A DNA stretch of 64,000 nt, taken from NCBI GenBank assembly GCA_963762115.1, contig CAVXJH010000003.1, positions 352,001 through 416,000 of the forward strand. Reading direction: 5' to 3'. The first letter of the stretch is position 1. Each line of letters opens with the position of its first letter. Under the pieces are notes generated by a model. It had not been told where the DNA came from and made no database searches. It saw nothing but the letters and a program-made list of their open reading frames with translations. This DNA is from Candidatus Babeliales bacterium. Lineage in GTDB: Bacteria; Babelota; Babeliae; Babelales; JANWKD01. The translations under genes were made by a program, and so were the position numbers. Below are positions 30,843 to 40,604 of the stretch, piece by piece.

Positions 30843-30875
30843 AAATATAAATTGAAGCTCCGTAGGAGCGAAGAT

Positions 30876-30951
30876 TGGTGGAGCTGACCGGGGTCGAACC
30901 GGTGACCTCATGAATGCCATCCATGCGCTCTACCAACTGAGCTACAGCCCC
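30876..30951 (-). tRNA. tRNA-Ala(GGC), CCA encoded
   Basis: Reverse complement GGGGCTGTAGCTCAGTTGGTAGAGCGCATGGATGGCATTCATGAGGTCACCGGTTCGACCCCGGTCAGCTCCACCA; G3:U70 pair present. Confidence 0.97.
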
Positions 30952-31085
30952 AAGATTACTATGAAATGCTATGCTTTTTTATAATTTTTCTTTATCCTAC
31001 TTGTTGTGTAGTGTAATGTAAGCACAAAAAAATTCAATAAATACCTATTAATTTTACCCTTTAATTGCCAGTTGAGGTCAACACC

Positions 31086-32870
31086 ATGAGTACTAAACAA
31101 CTCTTACTCGTTTGTATTGTTTTTCTTGCTAACATTCAATCAAATCTTTTGGGGGGCACCCTCTCATTTTCATCTAAACGTATTGAACACAATACTCTTG
31201 AAATTGTAGTACATGCAAAACTCAATCCACAAGAATGGCTTTATAAAGAACTCTTAAATTTTTCTGTTGATAATCCAAACATACAGTTATCATCATGGCA
31301 AAGTTCACAAGCAGCACAGGCAGTATACGATCCGGCTTTTAAAACAACAAAAAAAGTATTTGAAGGTAACGTTGATTTTACTTTACAAGCAATTGCGCAA
31401 AAAGAACTAGCGCCCAATGAAGCACATCTGCATATTACTTTTTATCGCAATAAAAATCATACCCCTGAAGAATTAACATTTCCACTATCATTTGATAACG
31501 CACAAAAAAACGTAGCTGACGATGCACAACAAGAGAAAAATATTTTAGAATCATCAAATAATGCCCATAAAACCGTACAAAAATCAATAAAACCATCGGA
31601 AAATCTGCATGAAAATTTTTCATTTTCATCATATCTTTCTGCCTTAGTAAAACAAACCGAATCAACAACAATCCGTTTCTTATTAGTATTTTTACTGGGA
31701 ATTTTATTAAGTCTCACCCCATGCATTTATCCAATGGTTCCTATCACCGCCGGTATTTTACAATCACAAGGCGGCAAATCCTTATTCTATAATTTTTTAC
31801 TTTCATGTTCTTATACTTTTGGCATGGCAACTACTTTTGCACTCTTTGGATTATTGGCAAGTTGTACTGGACCAATTTGTGGGCAATTGCTTATGGAACC
31901 ATTATTTATTGCTGGCCTTGTTGCAATTCTTACCTATTTAGCATTATCAATGTTTGGTTTTTATGAAATTTATATTCCAACATTTTTTAAGCCTTCTGCA
32001 AAATCACTTAAAGCCGGTTCTCTTATTTCTACCTTCATCTTTGGTGCTGCAAGCGGCACAATAGCTTCACCTTGTGTCTCACCAGGCTTAGCACTGCTAC
32101 TCAGCATTGTCGCAACGTTAGGCAGTAAATTTTTAGGATTCCTCTTATTATTTGCCTTTGGCGTTGGCTTAAGTATGCCGTTGTTGATTATTGGTACTTT
32201 TTCAAGTTCCATAAATTTACTCCCTCGTGCGGGCTCTTGGATGATCGAAATAAAAAAAATATTTGGCTTTATGATGTTAGGCATGTGCCTTTACTACCTA
32301 AGCTACATCGTTTCTCCTTCAATCATGATGTGGGTTACCGCACTCTTTATTGCATTCACTGGCTTTTATTATCTTTATCATGCACAAAAAAAACAATCTT
32401 CATTCTGGAAAAACAGTAGTCGCTTACTCGGATCAGCACTTATCATCGGTGCATTTGTTGTATGCTTTTATGCTGTACGTGAAGAATATGCACCTCACGA
32501 AATAGTAAATCAAAATTGGCACACTGATTATCATGTTGCTCGTGAAGAAGCTTTAACACGGAATAAAAAATTATTTATTGATTTTTGGGCAACCTTCTGC
32601 CCTGTATGTTTAGCAATTAATAAAAATGTTTTAACAAAACCTGCAATTCTTGATGCACTAAAACATTTTGTGATGCTCAAAGTTGACGGCTCACATGCTT
32701 CGCATGAGCCCTATGCATCATTAAAAGAAAAATATTCCATTACCGGTTTCCCAACATTTTTAATTGTTGATCCTGCAACTGAAACAGTAATTATGCAATT
32801 GGGTGGCGAACTCTATGAGATGCCTGAACAAGCATTTATTACCGTGTTAAAACAACATTATTCTCTCTAG
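31086..32870 (+). CDS. dsbD: Thiol:disulfide interchange protein DsbD-like
   Basis: SLTPCIYPMVPIT, ASPCVSP, LPRAGSWM, thioredoxin FWATFCPVC. Confidence 0.9.
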   Translation: MSTKQLLLVCIVFLANIQSNLLGGTLSFSSKRIEHNTLEIVVHAKLNPQEWLYKELLNFSVDNPNIQLSSWQSSQAAQAVYDPAFKTTKKVFEGNVDFTLQAIAQKELAPNEAHLHITFYRNKNHTPEELTFPLSFDNAQKNVADDAQQEKNILESSNNAHKTVQKSIKPSENLHENFSFSSYLSALVKQTESTTIRFLLVFLLGILLSLTPCIYPMVPITAGILQSQGGKSLFYNFLLSCSYTFGMATTFALFGLLASCTGPICGQLLMEPLFIAGLVAILTYLALSMFGFYEIYIPTFFKPSAKSLKAGSLISTFIFGAASGTIASPCVSPGLALLLSIVATLGSKFLGFLLLFAFGVGLSMPLLIIGTFSSSINLLPRAGSWMIEIKKIFGFMMLGMCLYYLSYIVSPSIMMWVTALFIAFTGFYYLYHAQKKQSSFWKNSSRLLGSALIIGAFVVCFYAVREEYAPHEIVNQNWHTDYHVAREEALTRNKKLFIDFWATFCPVCLAINKNVLTKPAILDALKHFVMLKVDGSHASHEPYASLKEKYSITGFPTFLIVDPATETVIMQLGGELYEMPEQAFITVLKQHYSL

Positions 32871-32902
32871 AAAACTATTCTTCACCTAAAAATTAAATTT
32901 TC

Positions 32903-32951
32903 CAATAGAAATCAATGCTTTGTAAACTCAAAAAAGTGTTGATTTCTATTG
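32903..32951 (+). terminator. Long hairpin after dsbD (probable terminator)
   Basis: caatagaaatcaatgcttt / aaagtgttgatttctattg, then a T-rich tract. Confidence 0.6.
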
Positions 32952-33031
32952 ATGTTTTTTGCTATATTCAAGATATATAAGCCTATACAAATAGAAAATC
33001 TGTATAGGTGAAATTAAAAAAAGGGTATCTC

Positions 33032-33475
33032 ATGAAAATAGTAAAATTAGTAGCATTATCAGTAATAATTGTCCCCCTCACCCTCACAGCCTCAGATTAT
33101 TCTAATCTCGATATTTCTAGCATTGCACGTAAATATCTTTCATCACCAAATACAGGTTTTAATAATGCAGAGACAAAGCAAGAAGTCTTGGGTCAAGAAA
33201 TAGTAGGAAAAGATCTTCAAGAGAAAAATGAATATTCAAGCACGGCAACATTAAATTCATTACTCAATGCAACACCAGATTCAATTAAAAGTGCTCTTGT
33301 TGAAAAAATACCACAAGAATACAAGGGATATCTTGTACAATTTATTGAATTTATAAAATCATTTTTTAGTAATGATAAAGATAAAGTAACAACTTTGGAT
33401 TCTATAAAAAATTTATTACAAAAAAACAGAGAAGCATATGATGCACATAATACAGAACAATTGCCAGCGCAATAA
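33032..33475 (+). CDS. Exported hypothetical protein
   Basis: MKIVKLVALSVIIVPLTLTA signal peptide. Confidence 0.65.
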   Translation: MKIVKLVALSVIIVPLTLTASDYSNLDISSIARKYLSSPNTGFNNAETKQEVLGQEIVGKDLQEKNEYSSTATLNSLLNATPDSIKSALVEKIPQEYKGYLVQFIEFIKSFFSNDKDKVTTLDSIKNLLQKNREAYDAHNTEQLPAQ

Positions 33476-33521
33476 ACTCAACAAAAAGAATAATAATAGT
33501 CATTAAACAAAGGAGAAAGAA

Positions 33522-34022
33522 ATGAAAACAATCATAAAAAATATCATTGCGTTGTCGTTAATAATAATGACCACAAATGTTAATGCCATGGAAGAACGAA
33601 CTCCTGGAAGAAGAAGTCGTGTTGAATATAGTTGGAATCCACCTCGTGAACCGCGAGAATTTTCATGCGGCGTCGGCGATCTAACAGAGCAAATAATGGC
33701 TCAAGCATTAGAAGATATGAGATTAAAAAAACTCAAAGAAGAAAAACAGGAACTTGAAAAAAGACGCGCTGCATACAAAAACAAAAAGAAAACTCTCAAT
33801 GAAATTGCCGGCGTTGCATCCTTAGAAAAATTATTAGCAGAACCTTCAGACGAAGAAAGACTTGAAGTACTCTCAACATTACCTAAGGACGTAATAAATT
33901 ACTTTTCTATACTTATTGAAGAAAGAAAAGCACTTTTAGATAAAAATGATGCAAATGACTTAATAAAAGAGGATGCATTAGAAGATTTAAATAAGTTACT
34001 AAAAGCTTATTTAGGGCAATAA
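33522..34022 (+). CDS. Exported coiled-coil hypothetical protein
   Basis: SD aaggag, signal peptide ending VNA-ME. Confidence 0.7.
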   Translation: MKTIIKNIIALSLIIMTTNVNAMEERTPGRRSRVEYSWNPPREPREFSCGVGDLTEQIMAQALEDMRLKKLKEEKQELEKRRAAYKNKKKTLNEIAGVASLEKLLAEPSDEERLEVLSTLPKDVINYFSILIEERKALLDKNDANDLIKEDALEDLNKLLKAYLGQ

Positions 34023-34072
34023 TCAAAAATGAATAGCCTTTATTATCTATAAACATTTAAGCGAGAGTAAAA

Positions 34073-34408
34073 TTACTCTCGCTTATTTAAACCTTTTTTA
34101 TTATTATCAACACGCCATTGTTTTTCTTTATGCAGTTGCTCGATCATAACATCAACAACCTCATTAATGAGCTTATACATGTCAGGACCTTCTTTGTGCA
34201 CATGAAGATCATAACGCGGCGATTTCAAATCAAATTCAATTGCATGATGATGATGAGTTTCCTCAGCATCAAATGCCATACGAATATAAATTGGACTCTT
34301 TTCTTGTTCATTCTTTAAGAAATCTTCAACTTTTGTTAATAATTCATTGGCAAATGTTTCCATTGCTACTGAAGATTCCATACCTTTGAACGTAAATTGT
34401 TTGTTCAT
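34073..34408 (-). CDS. Ribosome hibernation factor HPF/RaiA family
   Basis: FTFKGMESSVAMETFA, DMYKLINEVVD.M.EQL.K.K. Confidence 0.75.
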   Translation of the reverse strand: MNKQFTFKGMESSVAMETFANELLTKVEDFLKNEQEKSPIYIRMAFDAEETHHHHAIEFDLKSPRYDLHVHKEGPDMYKLINEVVDVMIEQLHKEKQWRVDNNKKGLNKRE

Positions 34409-34508
34409 AAATCACACTCCACACTAAATGTATTGATATACTTAGTTTATACCAATATAGCCTAGCAGGTGACAATGAAATTCTCTACAAAATTAAGAAA
34501 AAACAATT

Positions 34509-35825
34509 TTAATCTGTTCTACGAGGAATAAGTTTAACGGGAGCACCAACTAAATCAAAATGAGCGCGCATCACATTTTCAAAAAATGATAACTGACTTT
34601 GACCAAACCATTTTGGATCATTAACCAACACCAAAAAGGTAAGCGGCGCTTTTCGAATTTGTTTCACTTTTCGCACTGCCAATCGATGTGAGCTATAATA
34701 CAATGGTGTTTTTATTAAGGCATTTTTGAATAGTTCAGTCAGTTGTTCAGAAGTAAATGATTGAGTTGAGCGTTGCCAAACTTTTTGCACAAGAGGTAAA
34801 ATCTTACCAACGTTTTTTCCCGTTTTGCATGAAATAATGAGTGTTGGAATTTTTTTCAAGAAATGCTTATATTTTTCAGAATCAAATTCTAAATCTGCTC
34901 GTTGTTGATCAGTAACTAAATCATCTTTATTAATCAGCAAAATCAATGCTTTATCATGTTCAAAAGCATAAAATGCTAATTTAAGCTCTTGATCACTCAA
35001 TTGACCTTCTGTGCCTTCAATCATTAATAAGATGATATTGGCATTATCAACTGCCCTAAAAGATGATTTAACCATTAACGTTTCCAAGAGATCGGTCACG
35101 CCACGTTTTCTGCGAATTCCTGGCGTATCAGTCAATTGAATTGTCTCTTTATAAAATCGTAGTCGTTCTGAAATTGCTTCTCGTGTTGTTCCTGCTTCTT
35201 TTGCAACAATCGATCGTTCTTCTTCAAGAAGATAGTTCATAAGTGATGATTTACCAACATTTGGTTTACCCAATAAAGCAACTGAAAAAGCCGGTTCATC
35301 TTCTTGATAACTTACTTCTTTTTTTGCAATTTTTTGAACAACAGCATCAAGTAAATCACCCGAGCCAGTTCCATGTTGAGCAGAAACTTCAACTAATACT
35401 TCGTGACCTAATTTTTCAAATTCATAACGACGCTCTTGAGCTTCATGTGAATCAATTTTGTTAATAACAACAATAACATCTTTGTTTTGTTTCTGAAGAA
35501 ACTTATTAATTTCACGATCTTCAGGGAGCAACCCAACTTTACCGTCGCACACGAAAAGGACTAAATCTGCCTTTTCTACCAACGATAAAGCAACTTGCCT
35601 AACCTTTTCCGATAAAGAATCTTCAACTCTTTTAAGACTTATGCCGCCACTATCAATAAGCTCAAAAGAAAATCCTTGCCAAAAAATTACGTCAGATAAA
35701 AAATCTCGTGTAACACCGGCAAAATCTAATGTTAAACTTTTAACATTTACTGATAAACGATTAAATAAGGTAGATTTACCAACATTGGCTCTACCAACAA
35801 TAACTACTTTAGCTAATTTACTCAT
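34509..35825 (-). CDS. der: Ribosome biogenesis GTPase Der (EngA)
   Basis: Two G domains: GRANVGKS/GVTRD/NKID and GKPNVGKS/GTTRE/DTPG. Confidence 0.97.
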   Translation of the reverse strand: MSKLAKVVIVGRANVGKSTLFNRLSVNVKSLTLDFAGVTRDFLSDVIFWQGFSFELIDSGGISLKRVEDSLSEKVRQVALSLVEKADLVLFVCDGKVGLLPEDREINKFLQKQNKDVIVVINKIDSHEAQERRYEFEKLGHEVLVEVSAQHGTGSGDLLDAVVQKIAKKEVSYQEDEPAFSVALLGKPNVGKSSLMNYLLEEERSIVAKEAGTTREAISERLRFYKETIQLTDTPGIRRKRGVTDLLETLMVKSSFRAVDNANIILLMIEGTEGQLSDQELKLAFYAFEHDKALILLINKDDLVTDQQRADLEFDSEKYKHFLKKIPTLIISCKTGKNVGKILPLVQKVWQRSTQSFTSEQLTELFKNALIKTPLYYSSHRLAVRKVKQIRKAPLTFLVLVNDPKWFGQSQLSFFENVMRAHFDLVGAPVKLIPRRTD

Positions 35826-37533
35826 GATGACTTTCTTTAACTTCTTGTAATGTTCCAGGGAAATACTCCATAACTAAAGGAGCATTTTTCCAAACTGACA
35901 CATCTGAAATATCGATTGAGGATGAATTTTTATTTAGTTGACGACGTGGTGCTTGCGGCACAAACGATTCTTGTTGCTTGGCTATTACCGTTGGCTTTGC
36001 AGTTGGTGCTTGCGACAAAGCATTGAAATTTTGTTGACCTTGTACTTTCGGCTCATCCACAAACAACGTTTTACATTGAGCATTTTCACCAAATATCTTT
36101 TGAAAAAGTGGTTTCCAAAATGCAACAGTATTTTCTAACCATTCATTAAAAAAAATAAGGTCTTTTGAAAATGATACTGTTAACTCAAAAGTATCGGCAT
36201 CAAATGATAACGACTGTATCTGCTTAAAAATAGAACTTAAGAGTGGATCCTGCAGCATTTCAACTGAATTTAAAAAGCTCTGCCACTTCTGTTCAATGAG
36301 CGTATCTTGGCTAACGGTAACAACGACACTTTCTCTCGATTGATCATTTTTCACCATTTGACCTTGCGGCACTATTTTTTTTTGTGGCGGTAATGGTGCA
36401 GGTTCATTTGAAGGCCCAAATTTTTCTTGCTCAAAAGTATTCGAACAAAAATCAAGCACCATCATTTCCAAAAAATTATATTGTGCTCGCGTTTTTGCAA
36501 ATAAAGGTTCATAGGTAAACATCAACTTTAAAAAACGATTAATGCTTTCCAATGAATACTTGGTAATAATTTTTTTTAATCTCGTGGCATGATCCATAAA
36601 ATGAAATGATGGCAAGCTAAAATGTACTAAGACGGCTGCATGAGCAGCATGATTAAGCCCATTCCACAAGGATTCAACAGCAACATCTCTTAAAGCATTT
36701 TCATGCATACACGTTAAAATCTTTTTTTCATCACGCTCAAGAATGCTCTCAAAAAAATTAAGGAGTATTTCATCCTCAACATGCCCAAGCACACTGCTAA
36801 CACTTGCTTTCGTAATACTTGGCACCGCAAAACGTACTTGCTCCAATACATTAAGAGCATCGCGAACTGAGCCTTGAGTTTCTTGAACAATTAACGCAAG
36901 TCCTTCTTGCTCATAAGCAATATTTTCTGTGACACAAATATGCTCTAAATACGTAATAAGCACAGGAGGTTTAACCGCCTTAAAAAACAATTGAAAGCTT
37001 CGCGATTTCACCGTATCAATAATTTTTTGCAACTCGGTCGTTGCTAATATAAAAAGAACAGATGCAGGAGGCTCTTCCAACACTTTTAAAAAAGCATTAA
37101 ATGCGGCTTTACTCAACATGTGCGCTTCATCAATTAAATAGACTTTTTTTCTGCCAATTAAGGGCAATAATGCTGCCGTATCAATAATTTGGCGAACATT
37201 ATCAACACCCGTATAGGAAGCTGCGTCAATTTCTATGAAATCTGGGTGCTTTCCCTCTGCCATTGCACAACATGAAGCACAAAGCAAACAAGGCACTGAA
37301 AACTGTTTTGGATCTTGTTGAAACTGGGGCAATTGCTCACAATTTATTGCAGCAGCAAAAATTCTTGCCATAGTTGTTTTGCCACAGCCTCGTTGACCGG
37401 CAAATAAATACACGGGAAAATAATGATTAAGATAAAGACTATTTTTTAAAATACGTACAGAAATATCTTGCCCAACAAGTTGGTCAAAGCTACGTGAGCG
37501 CCATTTTCTGGCAAAATTAAGCTGTACATTCAT
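35818..37533 (-). CDS. dnaX: DNA polymerase III subunit gamma/tau
   Basis: ARKWRSRSFDQLVGQ, GQRGCGKT, EIDAAS, IDEAHMLS, LKVLEEPP, GSVRDAL. Confidence 0.96.
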   Translation of the reverse strand: MNVQLNFARKWRSRSFDQLVGQDISVRILKNSLYLNHYFPVYLFAGQRGCGKTTMARIFAAAINCEQLPQFQQDPKQFSVPCLLCASCCAMAEGKHPDFIEIDAASYTGVDNVRQIIDTAALLPLIGRKKVYLIDEAHMLSKAAFNAFLKVLEEPPASVLFILATTELQKIIDTVKSRSFQLFFKAVKPPVLITYLEHICVTENIAYEQEGLALIVQETQGSVRDALNVLEQVRFAVPSITKASVSSVLGHVEDEILLNFFESILERDEKKILTCMHENALRDVAVESLWNGLNHAAHAAVLVHFSLPSFHFMDHATRLKKIITKYSLESINRFLKLMFTYEPLFAKTRAQYNFLEMMVLDFCSNTFEQEKFGPSNEPAPLPPQKKIVPQGQMVKNDQSRESVVVTVSQDTLIEQKWQSFLNSVEMLQDPLLSSIFKQIQSLSFDADTFELTVSFSKDLIFFNEWLENTVAFWKPLFQKIFGENAQCKTLFVDEPKVQGQQNFNALSQAPTAKPTVIAKQQESFVPQAPRRQLNKNSSSIDISDVSVWKNAPLVMEYFPGTLQEVKESHHE

Positions 37534-37664
37534 GGTCTAACCTAAAAATACTATTAAAAAAAAGAAATTCCAGAAAAGCGTATCAACCAAAGATGTATTA
37601 TTACTACGTTTATAACAAGAAAACTATCACTATTAATTGTACCAAAACAATCAATAAATAAGAA

Positions 37665-37750
37665 GGGGAAGTATATACAAAAACTAAAGTACTCTTGCTG
37701 CTTCCTTTCGGACCTGACAAATTAAATACTCGTTCCTTATATACTTCCCC
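37665..37750 (-). ncRNA. ffs: Signal recognition particle RNA (small 4.5S type)
   Basis: Minus strand has TCAGGTCCGAAAGGAAGCAGC closed by the stem GGGGAAGTATATA/TATATACTTCCCC; lies between tRNA-Ser and dnaX. Confidence 0.93.
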
Positions 37751-37934
37751 AATTTTTATAACTAGCTTTTTAGCTTTAACCCGACAGGTTAAAAAGCTTA
37801 TAAAATCTAAATAAAATTAAGAATTGCCCTACTACGCCAAGGCTACGAAGGGCATACTTCGCATTTTAACTTATTCTATTAATATCAATTCCATTTAAAA
37901 AAATGGCTTGCCATACGAAGCTTTATGCGAAGTA

Positions 37935-38026
37935 TGGTGGAGAGAGAGGGATTCGAACCCTCGATGCCCCTTTCGGAACATACACGATTTCCAATCGTGC
38001 TCCTTCAACCACTCAGACACCTCTCC
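37935..38026 (-). tRNA. tRNA-Ser(GGA), long variable arm, CCA encoded
   Basis: Reverse complement GGAGAGGTGTCTGAGTGGTTGAAGGAGCACGATTGGAAATCGTG...GAGGGTTCGAATCCCTCTCTCTCCACCA. Confidence 0.97.
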
Positions 38027-38069
38027 GCTGAACTAATGCATTAGATGCTTTAGTCTTGAGTGATTTATA

Positions 38070-38930
38070 TTAAATCTTTTTTCCGCTATTATCGGTTTTT
38101 TGCTTAATTGGCTCTTTAAATTTTTTAACTTTAGCCGCCTTAAGACTCTCTTCAGATTGCTCATCTTCAACAGCGTCAAGAAGAACCGCAACATCGTCGC
38201 TTTTTTCAATAATTTCCGCAACTTCTTGAGCTTTCTTACCTTGAGTAACTGCTTTGTCTTTTGCTTCTTTAACAGCATCAGCTAAATAATCAATAATAAT
38301 TTTAATTGATTTAGGCGCATCATCATTTGCAGGTATAACATAGCTAACCAAAGAAGGATCGCTATTGGTATCAACCAAAGCAACGACAGGAATTCCTAAC
38401 CCAGCTGCTTCTTTTAAGGCTGCTTGCTCTTTACGAGCATCAACAACAACCAAAGCGCCTAAAGGCCATTTTAAATTAAGAATACCACCAATATTCGCTT
38501 TCAAACGATATTGTTTTTTTTGCAAAGTACTAATTTCTTTTTTTGTATAATGCTCATGATCAGTTTTGGATAAAATATCTTCAAAATGTAACAATTTTGT
38601 TACTGATTTTTTTACTTGAATAAAATTAGATAAAGTACCACCAATCCAACGATGTGCAACATACGGACAGCCAAGTGATTCCGCTGCTTGCTGGATAATT
38701 TCTCGCGCAGGCTTTTTAGTTCCTATCCATAAAATTGATTTGCCATCCAAGATAATTGATTTCAAAAAATCAGCTGATTTTTGCATTTGATACGCTGTTT
38801 TTGAAACATCAATTAAATAAATTTTATTTTTATGTCCCCAAATATAAGGAGCCATTTTCGGCGCCCAACTTGAAGTTGGATGTCCAAACGGAACACCCGC
38901 TTGAATAAGTTTTTTTAGATCAATCGACAT
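38070..38930 (-). CDS. rpsB: 30S ribosomal protein S2
   Basis: AGVPFGH...W.PKM.PYI, RWIGGTLSNF, VDTNSDP, PANDDA. Confidence 0.97.
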   Translation of the reverse strand: MSIDLKKLIQAGVPFGHPTSSWAPKMAPYIWGHKNKIYLIDVSKTAYQMQKSADFLKSIILDGKSILWIGTKKPAREIIQQAAESLGCPYVAHRWIGGTLSNFIQVKKSVTKLLHFEDILSKTDHEHYTKKEISTLQKKQYRLKANIGGILNLKWPLGALVVVDARKEQAALKEAAGLGIPVVALVDTNSDPSLVSYVIPANDDAPKSIKIIIDYLADAVKEAKDKAVTQGKKAQEVAEIIEKSDDVAVLLDAVEDEQSEESLKAAKVKKFKEPIKQKTDNSGKKI

Positions 38931-39071
38931 TATTAAATACCTTCCTGGGTTTTAACCGTACTTTTTGGCTTGCTTCATAGAATATGAATCAATTGCCACC
39001 CATAATAAAAAGTAAGGATTTTATTATAAAATAACTGTATTAACTGTAGCAAAAATCAAAATAAATGCAAT

Positions 39072-40475
39072 CTACTTACCTTCTAACTCTAATCCTATAA
39101 CTTCATTTTTTGCGATAGCCTTATTATAACGATTACCAAGCAATAATGCCGTTAAAGACCAACAACCAATTATTATTGCAAAAAATACGGAATGTAACGT
39201 CATAAAGAAAGCTGGCCCTGCCGCCTCAGCAAATACAACAAATGTTGAACCAACACCTTTTCCAAAACGTGAACCAAAAGAATCAATCCAAGACTTAGAT
39301 TTAAACTTAATATCCTTAACCGTCGGAATGTATAAACTCTCACGAACAGGTTGAGCAAAAGCATAATTTATTGCTTGCAATAAAATTATACTAATAATTA
39401 CGGCAAACGGTGTATAACTAAAAATAAAATAGGTTAAAAGCAAACCGCTAATAAGAGGAATCAATATAAGACAAATTTTTTCACCAAAGAAATTCAATAA
39501 CGTACGAGTTCCCAAAAATGAAATAAGTATGCCAAAGAAATGCTGTATAAAGGCGACTTGAAATAAAAATGCACTTACTCCAGAAATATCCGTAGAATTC
39601 TCCTGAGCAACACCAAGACGTTGATAACTTAATACGGTGCTCAAAATCTCATAAAAGAATAGCATGCCAAATATTCCCAAAATATAAGGAAATCTCATAA
39701 GCAAAGTAAGCCCAGCGAAAATACTTATTTTTTCTTCTCCTTCCTTTTCTTTTGCTTTTTCAAATTTATAGACAGCTTCGTACCCATGCAAATATTTATG
39801 CGGCACTTTTTTAATTAAAAGATACACAAGCACGGGAACAAATAAACTAAGCAAGGAAAAGAACCCCAAAATTAATTGATGACTTTGAACATCATTTAAC
39901 TCGTAATTACCAATAACGCCATGATAACTAAAAAGAATCCAGGCAACCCCCGCGGTAAACATGCCACCAAACTTTGAACCAGAAACCAATAATGCATAAT
40001 TGTGCTTTGCCGCTTCAGGGCTATACACAGAGTTAGCAAATGCCCAAAAAACACTAATTACAAAAGGCGAAAAGACTTCAATAAAAAAGTAGAAAAACCA
40101 CCCAAACAAACGGAGAGGACTCGTCTCAGTGTTAGCAAGACCTATCGTTGGATGACCAACCAAAAACATGCACAATAGCCCCATCAAACCATAGGTAATA
40201 CTATAAAAATAGAGTAATTGATAGCGACGTATTTTGTCCACCAAAAATGAATAAAACAACACGCCAGGAATTAACAGTATCAGTGCTAACATCCGAGCCC
40301 AAGGAATATACTCTTTGCCCACAATGCTCATAAACATAGAACTTTTTAGTTCTCGTACCAACGTATATGAACCGATTACCAGAAAAAATGATAATCCTAA
40401 CAATAAAAGCTTTAACCGTTCTTCACGCTCTATATTAATAAATGATTTAAAAAATAAGGTGAGCTTAGAACTCAT
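39072..40475 (-). CDS. Npt1/Npt2 (TLC ATP/ADP translocase-like) nucleotide transporter
   Basis: About 12 TM; FWAFAN, PVRESLYIPT, KFKSKSWIDSFGSRFGK. Confidence 0.88.
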   Translation of the reverse strand: MSSKLTLFFKSFINIEREERLKLLLLGLSFFLVIGSYTLVRELKSSMFMSIVGKEYIPWARMLALILLIPGVLFYSFLVDKIRRYQLLYFYSITYGLMGLLCMFLVGHPTIGLANTETSPLRLFGWFFYFFIEVFSPFVISVFWAFANSVYSPEAAKHNYALLVSGSKFGGMFTAGVAWILFSYHGVIGNYELNDVQSHQLILGFFSLLSLFVPVLVYLLIKKVPHKYLHGYEAVYKFEKAKEKEGEEKISIFAGLTLLMRFPYILGIFGMLFFYEILSTVLSYQRLGVAQENSTDISGVSAFLFQVAFIQHFFGILISFLGTRTLLNFFGEKICLILIPLISGLLLTYFIFSYTPFAVIISIILLQAINYAFAQPVRESLYIPTVKDIKFKSKSWIDSFGSRFGKGVGSTFVVFAEAAGPAFFMTLHSVFFAIIIGCWSLTALLLGNRYNKAIAKNEVIGLELEGK

Positions 40476-40534
40476 TGAGGCCCCCGAATTAGCTTAATGG
40501 GTTAAATATTAAAAATTCTTAATGCATTTATTAG

Positions 40535-40574
40535 CAAAAAGCCTTCTTAACCGTTTAATTAAGAAGGCTTTTTG
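40535..40574 (-). terminator. Terminator between the two nucleotide transporter genes
   Basis: caaaaagccttcttaa / ttaagaaggctttttg. Confidence 0.8.
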
Positions 40575-40604
40575 TATTTTTCATGTGTCAATATCGCTTA
40601 GGTA

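Noticed and set aside
28015..30951. Genomic island integrated at tRNA-Ala
   Set aside because: No integrase and no duplicated tRNA 3' end seen
36700..36730. A_AAA_AAG slippery heptamer in dnaX
   Set aside because: Lies near codon 270, inside the collar domain, so the product would be too short for gamma; likely chance in AT-rich DNA
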